A DNA stretch of 63,116 nucleotides, counting the filler, from Thraustochytrium aureum (taxonomy: Eukaryota), in assembly GCA_012862495.1 (NCBI GenBank). It is 5 parts of 4 records of this genome, joined end to end, with 100 filler letters (N's around TTAATTAATTAA, not from the genome) between each part and the next. Parts side by side here need not be neighbours in the genome. Positions count along the whole stretch, not along the records: positions 1 to 19,729 come from BLSG01000337.1; positions 19,830 to 31,095 come from BLSG01000337.1; 3 more parts are not named here. The stretch is one strand, 5' to 3'. The first letter of the stretch is position 1. Each line of letters starts with the position of its first letter. The position numbers were made by a program, and so were the translations under genes. The notes below the pieces were generated by a model. The model was not told where the DNA came from, made no database searches, and saw nothing but the letters and a program-made list of their open reading frames with translations. Positions 12,113 through 22,900 of the stretch are shown here, one piece after another.

Positions 12113-15100
12113 ATGATGAGCAGCCGCAGCGCGAGCCTCGGCAACATGAGCGACACGATGCCCGCCCTGGAGGACATTGAAAAGGCCGGGTTCGCCTCGC
12201 GGTGGACAGTGGGCGAAAGCGAAGAGGGCGACAGCAAGAGGAAGAAGAAGGCAGTGGTTGGAGCGGTCGCTTTGCTCGCTGTCTGCGCGATCATCGGCGT
12301 CTCTGTCGGCGTCAGCGGCGGAGAACGGTCGCAGGCCGGCGCTGAGGCGCCCACGACCGACCCAGAGCCCACGCCGGAAGACGCGCGGGTGGCGGCGTTC
12401 CTTGCTGCTGGCAAGTACTGCGGCATCGCTCCAGTGTCCATGAACAGCGTCGTCGGGTCCTGGGGCTCGATCCAGACGGTGGCCGGCCTACAGACCGTGG
12501 ACCTTGCAGGCGTCGAAGACGTCTGGGAGAAATACGTCGAGTTTGCGCCTCTTGAGAGCGCAAGCGGTGCCAACGAGCACGAGACCCACTTCGTGTTCGA
12601 GATTCCCGAATGGGTCCCCCCTCAACTTGTCAAGGGAATCACTGTAGAGACCAACTTCATGGGGGAGGCAGGCCAGTTCCAGCTCTGGGACATCGACATC
12701 CGCAACCAAGAGGACAAGACTTGGGAGAACGTCTGGAACAACCAGAACGTGGACTTTTGGAGCTGGTTCAGCAAGAGCACCACGATGCCGCTGACGCTCG
12801 GGGACTTTAACAAGTACCTGTCGGCCACTCCGATCGACCGCGCACTCACGCTGCGTCTCATCGCCCGCGACAATGTAGTCTTCAACGCACTCTTCGACTA
12901 CATCGGGATCTGTGTCACTGTCGAGGCGGGCACGCCCCCGCCGACGCCCCCGCCGACGCCGCTCCCCCCTCCGCGTGAAAAGTGCTTTCCCGCCACGCAG
13001 CTCACTGTTGCGAGTGGAAGTGTCCCATCATCGCACTCCGCCGCCAACATGGAGCTCCAAGAGCTTAGCGGCACAGAAGGGGGCTGGACCAAGTACGTCG
13101 CCTTCCGCCCTGACAACGAGGGCGGCGAGTTCTCGATCGAGGTGCAGTTGGCCCCAGCGGGTGTGCCAGCCGCACTGGCTGGTGTTCGTGCCTATCTGAA
13201 TTACCGCGGGCCCCGCAAGCGATACCAACGTTGGGTTATGCAGGTGTACAACCGCGGTGCAAGCAGCTGGGAGGACGTCGTCGATAATGACGTCCAAGCA
13301 GCATGGCGCTGGACTAGCGTTGTGGGGACTGCACCGGCCACTGTGGTCAGCGACTACCTCGGCCCCGACAGCAAGCTCCTGTTCCGCTGGAGCACTGATT
13401 CGAGCTTTGACGCCTCGCTGATTGACTTTGCCAGCTTTTGCCTCGTCGGCCAGTTTGACGACTTGCTTCCGCCGCCTCCGTCGACTCCGAAACCCACCCC
13501 TAAGCCCACCGCGACGCCGTCAAAGGCGCCGACGGGGACGCAGCCCACCCCGCCCACAACTCCCAGCCCGACGCGTGCCCCAGTTGCGAACTCGGAGTGC
13601 GTCGCGGACCGCAGCCCCCATTTCGCCAAGTGGGCCTACGAAGGCGGCGTGTGCGGGGTCTATGTCGTGCTTGGGCAATACCACGATGAAGCGGCGCGTC
13701 GCGCTGTCCTGCAGCAGCACAAGGACGAGGGCTGCCGCACCATCATGCTCGACTCCAAGCTCAGCTTTTACCTCACGGACGAAAAGTACGACGTCGAGAT
13801 GGAGTTTATCAACAACTACGCAATCGACGCGCACTCGCTCGGTCTCAAGCTGATCGTGTACTACCCGACCCTGGAGATCATCTCGCTAAACGCGAACGAC
13901 GAGCCCAACAAGACGGCCGGGTTTGAGATGCGCGACTCGATCCAGCGCGGCCTCAGCGGCAAGCCAAACCTGTTTGTCGGCGGCAACCTCGAGCACTGGG
14001 TGGGCGAGAACCAAGAGAGCGCGTGGTTTGACCCGGAGAACCCGCAGTACACGGAAAACTACTTTCTTCCCCGCGTGCGGAAGCTGGCCGCCACCGCGGC
14101 CGACGGGCTCTGGGGCGACGTTCCGCTGTACTATGAAACCGGCGCGTCGTGGTCCGGAGGCACCGAGCTGAACCGGGTGGAGTTCAAGGCCTGGTCGGCG
14201 GCGAAGGGTCTTTGCGCCGCGACGAGCGGCTGCGACCTCCCGGACCACGTGCGGCTCGGGGCGCCAGACTGGAACTTCAAACAGGCAGAGTTCCACTACT
14301 GGATTATCTGGCGCCACTACTCGCTTGCAAAGTTCCTCAACAAGGTCCGCGTCGCGCTGCGCGAGGTCAAGCCGGAGGCCATCTTTATGGTGGAGAACTA
14401 CCCGGCCGATTACATGGACAACACGCTTGTCGGCCTCGACAACTCGTACTTTGACGAGGACATGCGCAAGGGCATGAGCACGGTCTGGGAGATCGACTCG
14501 GTGAGCAACAAGAACGGAATGCTCTTTGCGCACAAGGAGGACTTTGTCAACCAGATCATCATGCGCAAGTACGCCCGCGGCGTCGACAAGACGTCTCCGA
14601 CCTGGACGTTCGCCTACGCCAGCGGCGCACTGGACTCGGCCATGGTCCTCAGCGGTGCGTTCGCCGTTGGCACCAACACGCTGGAGACCAAGACGCCTTA
14701 CATGACGAGCACGGCGTCCGCCGCGACGCGCACTGCCTTTTACAATTGGGTCCTTGACAACTCGTGCCAAGTGCTCGAGGGCCAGCGCTTCGCCCAGGTG
14801 GCTGTTCTGTACAGCTCCTCGACGCGCGACGTTTCCGACTTTCCAACAGGACAGTGCTGGTACGCCATGTATGTGAGCACGGAGACCACGCCGAGCGACG
14901 ACGACGAATTCTGGGCCTCAGACCCAGGCAACTCGGCCAAGCGCTGCCCGCACGTCGGCGCCTATCGCGGCGCCTCGTACGCGCTGTCGCGCCTGCATGT
15001 GCCCTTCAAGGTTGTTGTCGACACCGCGCTGGAGGCTTCCGACCTGGAGGGCATCTCGGTGCTCTGGATGCCCGCAGCCAGCGCGATGTCGACGGCGGCA

Positions 15101-17118
15101 GCCTCTGTGATCAGCGACTGGGTCATGGCGGGCGGGACGGTCATGGCTACCGGAGACTTTGTCCCCGCCACTCTGGATGAGTTTGGACGGAAGCACGACG
15201 CGAACCCGTTGGAAGGCGTGTTCGGCCGATTCGACCTCCAGGGCCACACGCGCCAGCACGGCAAGGGCGTCGCGTACTTGCGCAAGGACATTCAGGCTGC
15301 CGACGCGTTTACACAAGATGGCGGGTCTTTGTACAAGCAAAACCAGCTCCTCGACGCCGTGGAGCGCGTCGTGCGCATCCACGTGTACGACCACTTTTAC
15401 ATGGAGAAGGGGTCGCCAATGGACGTCCACATCGAGCTCACCGTCCCGCGCGACAACCACCAGGCGCTGCTCATGGTCAACTACGCGGGCGTGCGGCAGC
15501 CCGTCGTGCGCGACCCCAAGACTGTCACGTTCTTCTACCGGCCGCCCGACGGCAAGGTGGTCGCCTCGATGGACATCTCCACGCCGAACGAGCTGCCTGC
15601 TTGGAGCGGGTCGGGCATCAGCTTTGAAACGGTCGGCAGCGGGGCCTGGATCAAGGTCAGCGCTGTGGTAGACACTCTCTCGATGTTCGACTTTACGCTT
15701 CTGGACGCACCGACGCGAGCGAGCCCGACGCTGCAGCCCTGGAGCACGCCGTTGTTCAAGGAGGTCTCTGAGCAGGCCTTCACGTTCATCACGGACAAAA
15801 TGCGCGACGCCAGCCGGCCCGCGCCCTGGAGCTATGGCATCTTCACAAACCTGATCGACACGACCGACCCAGAGCCCTTGTATGCGTATGGCCATCACCA
15901 CTCGTCCGAGCACATGGGTCTCTTCCTGCGCGCCGCGGCCTGCATGGGAGAAGGCGAAGCCTGGAGCGAAGCCTTGATGTTTGTTGACGAGGTCATGGTC
16001 AGCCCGCTCTTCAAGCTGATCAACTGGGCCATCGACTACGTCCGGCAGCGCGCGTTCCTCTACTACGGCGACTGGGCGACCAACTGGTTCTCCGCGACGG
16101 CGCCTCTTGACGATTTCCGCACAATCCAGGGCTTGGTCGAGGGCGCAGCGCGGTTTGGAGATGCGCAGCCAGCGTTGGCGTCCAGGGCCCGCAGCATCGC
16201 GCACGACGCTCTGCGGGCCATATACTGGACCACCGTCTCGGAGCGGTACCGCAGCGAGGCCGACACCGAGTCAAAGTACCCGAACGGCATCATCGGGACC
16301 AGCTGGAGCTGGACCGAGGTGAACGACGCCACGCTCTCCCCGCCGAGCGCGGCCACCGGTACCGGCTCGCTCTGGGACACGGTGATTGCCGTCAACTACC
16401 AGGACGTTGACATGATCCACTACGGCTGCGACGTGGTCGACCCGCGATTCTGCGGCGTCCTGAACGACGCCATCGAGCTCATGCTCGCCGCCCAGATCCC
16501 CAACCAACCCGGTCTCACCTTCAACACGTACTACCCACGCAAGCTCAGCGAATACGGCAACAGAACGTGGGGCGGCGACTGGGAGTTTGTGGAGGATGAG
16601 GCGCACAAGTTCCTCAAGGTGATTCAAGAGCTGTGGACCGCAGTCCACCTCGCGAAAGCCTCCAAGCTGACGACAGCCCACGTGCCGGCGGCGCGCAAGG
16701 AGCGCGCTGGCCGCGCCGCCGACCTTGCCTTCGAGTGGTTCAAGGCCTTCTACCTCAACAACGGCAAGCGCATTCCCGAGTACGTCAGCGTCGCCGGCGA
16801 GGACGTCCCGGACTGCCCCTTCGCCGGCAACTGGACCGACTGCCTGGACCGCCGCTGGTCCAACTCGGTCGTCGGCGAGCCGCGCATCTACACGCTCTTC
16901 GTGACGCTCGGCAACATCCTCGGCAAGGACGCTGCCTTTCTCGCCTCGGTCATCACTGAAAAGGTTGTCCCGGACCGCATCACCGACCCGTCCAGCGTGC
17001 GATACGGGGCCATCGGCCAGAGCGCGCTGAGCGAGGGCCGCGACTTGACGCCGATGCCTGGAACTCGCTCGAGCCAATCCTCGCCATTTGCCAGCTCGAG
17101 ACGGGCTTCAAGCTCTAG
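12113..17118 (+). CDS. Type II membrane-anchored multidomain glycoside hydrolase: two CBM-like modules, TIM-barrel GH, GATase-like domain, GH8/YdaJ-like (alpha/alpha)6 domain
   Basis: Basic patch + TM (~12240-12315); two homologous Trp-rich modules (WEKYVEFAP / WTKYVAFRP); Pro/Thr linkers; AHSLGLKLIVYY..ADGLWGDVP; AQVAVLYSSST..LHVPFKVV..GGTVMATG; SEHMGLFL and ATAPLDDFRTIQGL. One extra T at 17045 gives DADAWNSLEPILAICQLETGFKL ending at TAG 17116-17118. Confidence 0.75.
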
Positions 17119-17869
17119 NNNNNNNNNNNNNNNNNNNNNNNNNNNNNNNNNNNNNNNNNNNNNNNNNNNNNNNNNNNNNNNNNNNNNNNNNNNNNNNNNN
17201 NNNNNNNNNNNNNNNNNNNNNNNNNNNNNNNNNNNNNNNNNNNNNNNNNNNNNNNNNNNNNNNNNNNNNNNNNNNNNNNNNNNNNNNNNNNNNNNNNNNN
17301 NNNNNNNNNNNNNNNNNNNNNNNNNNNNNNNNNNNNNNNNNNNNNNNNNNNNNNNNNNNNNNNNNNNNNNNNNNNNNNNNNNNNNNNNNNNNNNNNNNNN
17401 NNNNNNNNNNNNNNNNNNNNNNNNNNNNNNNNNNNNNNNNNNNNNNNNNNNNNNNNNNNNNNNNNNNNNNNNNNNNNNNNNNNNNNNNNNNNNNNNNNNN
17501 NNNNNNNNNNNNNNNNNNNNNNNNNNNNNNNNNNNNNNNNNNNNNNNNNNNNNNNNNNNNNNNNNNNNNNNNNNNNNNNNNNNNNNNNNNNNNNNNNNNN
17601 NNNNNNNNNNNNNNNNNNNNNNNNNNNNNNNNNNNNNNNNNNNNNNNNNNNNNNNNNNNNNNNNNNNNNNNNNNNNNNNNNNNNNNNNNNNNNNNNNNNN
17701 NNNNNNNNNNNNNNNNNNNNNNNNNNNNNNNNNNNNNNNNNNNNNNNNNNNNNNNNNNNNNNNNNNNNNNNNNNNNNNNNNNNNNNNNNNNNNNNNNNNN
17801 NNNNNNNNNNNNNNNNNNNNNNNNNNNNNNNNNNNNNNNNNNNNNNNNNNNNNNNNNNNNNNNNNNNNN

Positions 17870-18635
17870 TGGAACCCTGCTGCTGTTCGTGTCCTGGTTC
17901 AGTTTCAACGCTGTTTCGTCGGGTCACGTGAATCGCGAAAACCTCGACCTCTCACTCCGGGCCAGCGTAAATACGTTGTTGAGCGGCTCGATGTCCACGA
18001 CCGTGGGCCTGGCATACCTCAGAAAGAGCGAAGGGTACTACGTACTCAGTAGTGCGCTCAACTGTATGCTCGCTGGAACAGTTGGCATCACTGCCGCTGC
18101 CCCGTTCGTGGCGACTTGGGCAGCGTGCCTCATCGGTGGAATGGCGACGTTGGTGTTCTTGGCAGGCGAGTGGGTTCTTTTGTACAAGTTCCGGATCGAC
18201 GACCCGCTCTCTGCTTCCGCTCTGCACGGCATGGTTGGCACGTTTGGTACAATCTGCGTGGGGATTTTCGATTCCACGGATGGCCTGGTCGCCGGCAAAA
18301 CCAAGCTCTTCGTGACGCAGCTCTGGGGTGCGGCACTAATTGCTGTGCTGAGTTTGGCGTTGTCGACAGTGCTTTTTGGATTCCTCTGCAAAGCCCTGGG
18401 AACGATCAGCGTTGCGGAGGAAGATCAGGTCCTTGGCCTCGACTTCAAATACCATGACGGCAAGCAGATCGACAACCTGAACATGAAGGAAATCAAGGAG
18501 TTTAACGCGGCAAAGCAAGCCTTGAGCAAGGTGAAAGCGCGCAAGCTCAACGAAAAGCAGGGCCAGATGGCAGAACGGACCAACGAATCTGGCGCGCTTT
18601 CCTCGAACAAGGTCTTGCCGCTTAGCCCAAAGTAG
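17870..18635 (+). CDS. amt: Ammonium transporter (Amt/Mep family), C-terminal half; 5' part in gap
   Basis: GTLLLFVSWFSFNA, ALNCMLAGTVGITA, RIDDPLSASALHGMVG (conserved second His), EEDQVLGLD. Confidence 0.92.
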
Positions 18636-19729
18636 ACGGGCGAGCGTTCGGCGCTATTTCAGCCCCCGCTGCGGTCAAGCTATACTCTCTAGTAGAGCTA
18701 GAGAAATACCAATTCAGCTGTAGTACGTAGGTATACCTTCTTGCCAACTGATCTCCGCCCAATGTGGGTTAAATGACGGCGACCCGGAAGCATCCCCAGA
18801 ACGCACTAGTTTTTTCAAGAAAGAGGCCGACTGCTGCTCAAAGAGAACGCTTTGATGAGTAGATGTGAATGTTTGGCTCACTCTGACATCAGAGAGGCCA
18901 GAAGGAACGGACATCTCCAGCCGGACCGCGGGGCTGAGCGCAATGAGTGAGTCAGGGCTGCGAATCGCCGAAAAACGGCCAACCTTTGCGGAAGGCTCAG
19001 GCTGCCTACACCATGTCGGCGCTCTGCAGAGAGAAGCCTAGACGTAGCCCTACGCCGCCCCTGCCGACACCCGCCTCGGCGATGTGGTCACAGACAATGT
19101 TGCAAAAATCGCAACGCTGCGACCTAAGAGTTCTGCGGAGGAGGAAGGCAGCGGCGTCGCAAGCGCGTTCCTTCCACACTCTGCAGAAGTTCGGCGCATG
19201 GGAGTAACTGTTCCAGTGTCACCGCCAGCGCGTGTGGTCGGGGTCGAGGAAGTCTCTTGAGCCTCAACGAAGCCACCCCAGTTTGTATCCGTTGAAACGG
19301 CCAAATAGCCGCATAGGAGGCGATTTCGCTTTTGGGCGGTCTGGAAAATGCGTCGAATGGCTGGCGTTGAGACATTGTACATCTGCAGATACTCCTCCTC
19401 TGACGTGCCCAGATCTAACCTCCAGAAGACAAAGCAAGCAAAGAAAACACAGAGTAATCATCATCTTCGACCTGTCACGAAAGCGGCTATCCGTTTTATT
19501 GCTCTAACCTGTGACGATGAAGAAATCGCGTCCGCCAGCTATGATCTCGATAGGCCCATTGAATAGGCCACTACAAAACCACAGGTGAGGCTTCGAACCA
19601 CCGAGTCACGTGTACAAGTGTAGCTGCTTCCGCGCTCTACCAACAAACCCCCATCTCGAACACCGAGATATTGCACCGCGACCGGACAAGGCAACAGTGT
19701 TTGAAGGAGAAGAAGGCCGTAGCGCGTGC

Positions 19730-19829
19730 NNNNNNNNNNNNNNNNNNNNNNNNNNNNNNNNNNNNNNNNNNNNTTAATTAATTAANNNNNNNNNNNNNNN
19801 NNNNNNNNNNNNNNNNNNNNNNNNNNNNN
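19730..19829. other. Artificial scaffold-joining spacer (N44-TTAATTAATTAA-N44)
   Basis: Palindromic 12-mer with stops in all six frames at 19774-19785, flanked by 44 Ns each side; identical at four places. Confidence 0.95.
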
Positions 19830-19951
19830 GAGTAGTTAGGGACGACGACAAGGCTCGTTCGCGTCGGTGCTGGCCTGCTGCTGCTGCTGCTGCTGCTGCT
19901 GCCGCTGGCGCTGGTCTCGGCCGCTGGCGTCTGAGCTGGCCGTCCACCGCC

Positions 19952-22900
19952 TCAGAGGTTGAGGAGGACGCCTGTTGAGCGGCGGTCTGCTGGTCCTTGG
20001 CGCGAGGCTGTTCGTGAGGCGGCGCCACGATCGAGGCGCTGCAAGCCCTGCAGGCCAGAACGAGCGATGTCGAGGTTGGCGCGCTCTTGGAAGCGCGAAA
20101 GGCTCGCACGGCCTGCTTTGAGGAGGCAGGGACAATCACTGACGTCGATGCACGCCAGGACACTTGCCGCATTGGACCCGACCGCGTCTGCGAGCTTGCC
20201 AGCGCTGTAATCGGCGAGGTCTGTGCCGGCGAGAGAGAGCGTGACGAGATGGGTATCTTCGCGGAGCGCGCTTGCCAGGGAGATGACCCCGCGGTCCGCG
20301 ATCGGGTTGTAGCCAAGAAAGAGGTCGCTGAGCGGGAGCCCCTCGCACTGGATGAGTTGTGCGAGGCCAGCGGCGCCTTCATCACCGATCATGTTGTGCT
20401 CAATGCTGAGCAGCGCGAGCTCGGCGCGGCTCGCGTCTTTGCCCTCCCCTCGCCCGCTGCCCAGGCCAAGGAAAGACCCGAGCGCGAGAGCGCCCTCGTC
20501 GGCTAGCTCGTTCCAGTCCAAGAACAGCTCCTGCAAGGTCGAGTTGGCGGCCAGGGCTCGGCCGAGATGCTTGGCTCCCAGCGGCCCTATTTCATTGCGT
20601 GTGAGGCGCAAGACAGTCGTTGTGCGGTTTGACGCGAGAAAGCTGGCGCAGTGCTCCGCCCCCTTGTCGCCAATGCGGTTCCCACACAACTCTAGCGTGC
20701 GGAGGTGCAAGACTCGACGCGCGAGCAGCAGTCCGCTGCAGCCCCCGGGCCCGATCTGGTTGTGGCGCATGTCGAGGTGAACAAGCCGCGGCGCGGCCTC
20801 CCAGCATCGCTGGCACGCTTTGCACTCTGCGATGCACGGCGCCTCGCCGAACAGGGCCAGTCCGAGCGCAGCGGCGCCGCTTTGCCCAATTCTGTTGCCG
20901 TGCTTCCAGTCGCCCAGCTTGAGGGTTCGAAACTTGCGCGCCTTTCGATTTGACTCCCGCAGCGCGCGCCCGAGAGCAGCCGCGCCGGCATCCCCAATGG
21001 AATTGCCCTGGAGGGCCAGTTCGACGAGGTTCTGGTTGTGCGCAAGCGCTGAAGAAGCGAGGACAACGTCTTCGTCGCTTAGGCCCGCCTCAGCGCAGTC
21101 GATGAGGTTGGCGGCGAGGGCGCCCTCGGCGTGGACAGGCACCACTTCAGGGAGGGAGGAGCGGTGGCTGACTTGCCTTTCGAGCCTCCGAAGGCGCTGT
21201 TGCGGGGTTTCGCCCGCGCTCGGCTGCTCGGGCTTGCGCGCTGCGTCCCGAACGGCTTGCATGAGATCTGGCATGGTCGCTTCAACCATGGCCCAGCCGT
21301 TGGCGATTGCCGCGAGGCAAATCGTGGACTTGTGCACCTTGACCAGCAGGCCCCTGCCGTTCCAGTCCACATGCTGCACTCTCGAGTCGATTGCCGCCGC
21401 GAGGCGACTGGAGAACGCGGCCCGCCCGAGTTTGACCGTGCAGAGCGGAGAGAGGCTAATGAGGCGGAGACGCGGCATGACTCTCGCGGCCGCGAGGACG
21501 AGGGGGGCGTCGTCGTAAACCATCGCCTCGGCCTCCGAGTCGCTCACAACGAGGTCTGGTTCTTGCAGGCCGACTCGCCAGGTGCTCGTCGCGATCCAAT
21601 CGATGCGCTCCACTTGCGAGCGTTTGAGCGACTCGAGGAACTCTGCCGTTTCCAGCTTCATCGTCGCCGCGTAGGCGGTCCCGCCTCCAAGCCCGAGGCG
21701 CAGCCGCCAGCACGCATTCGAGTTGGCTTCGAGGAGCGCTGCTAGCAAGCGTTTTAGCCAGCCCGCCTCGAGTTCGCCGCGGGAGCCGAAGCGGTGGACT
21801 TGAAGGTCCACCGTGAGCTTTACGCCGAGCACTTTGGCACGTGTGCTGCCTTCTTCGCGGCGGCGCCGGATCTCGATCTTCTCCGCCGGCGTGAGGTCGG
21901 GCACGACACGCACAAGTCGGAGCTGTGGCTGAAGGGATAACTCTTGCAGCACCGCGTTTCCGGTGATGGCTCGAGCAAACGAGGCAGGCTCCACCGCGAA
22001 GGGGCGGATGGGGTTGTCGTCAGCGACGATGCGCTGCAGAGAGATGTTGTCGGGGAGGCCAAGGAGCAGCGCCAACGCGAAGCGCTCAGAGAGGCGGTTG
22101 CGGCTGAGGTGCAGTTCGGTAATGCCAGGTAAGAAGGGCAGACAGGCGACGAGGCGCAGCCCAAACGCGTCGTCGAGAGCGGTGTCGCTCAGGTCTGCAA
22201 TGCGTAGTTGGTCGAGTGCGCTGCGCAGAAACGCAACGTGCGGCGGCGGCGATTCCTGCTGTTTACTTTTCGTCTCGGAGCACTTTGTCGTCGAGGGGGA
22301 GTCGGACGCCTTGTACGGAGACGCTCTGGGGAGCACCTTTTGGCGTCGGTGACTTGCGGCTAGTCTGTTGCGCGCCGTTACCAAGGCCCGTGCGGACGCG
22401 CGGCTGGTGCTGCTGGCGACGGACCCCGCCGCTCGCGCTGCCCACCGCGCCGCGCGCTCGAGGGCAGCTACATGGCAAGGTTGACGACGCGTTGCTACCG
22501 GGGTAAGCGCGGCCTGGGCTTGCTCGCTGAGGCAGGCTGCCTCCAGGCCCAGCAGAACTTGCAGCACCTTGCGCTGGGGTGGGTCAGCTCGAGCTTGAGC
22601 GAGCGCCAGACCCGGCTGAGGCGGGGCCTCTCCTGCTGCAAGTGCGACTGCAATGCGCTCGGCCTCAGCTGCGATTGCCTGCTGCAGGCGGTCATGCTCT
22701 TGTTGGAGGCGCTCACCTAGCGCTTGCAGCACGCGGTGCGCAAAGGGAGAGTGCAGACCGTACTGCCGAACAACCGGGTCTACGCACGGAAGCGCATCAG
22801 GCAAGGGCGCCTGCTTTATCCATCCCACAAAGCGGTTTTTGAGTCGTTTGGTGACCCATCCAGAGCGCCTGCTATTCACCCAGGCTGCTCCTGCCCAGAC

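Noticed and set aside
12113..18635. Glycoside hydrolase-Amt fusion suggested by ORFs reading through Ns
   Set aside because: The corrected hydrolase frame stops at TAG 17116-17118; the read-through is an artefact of translating Ns.
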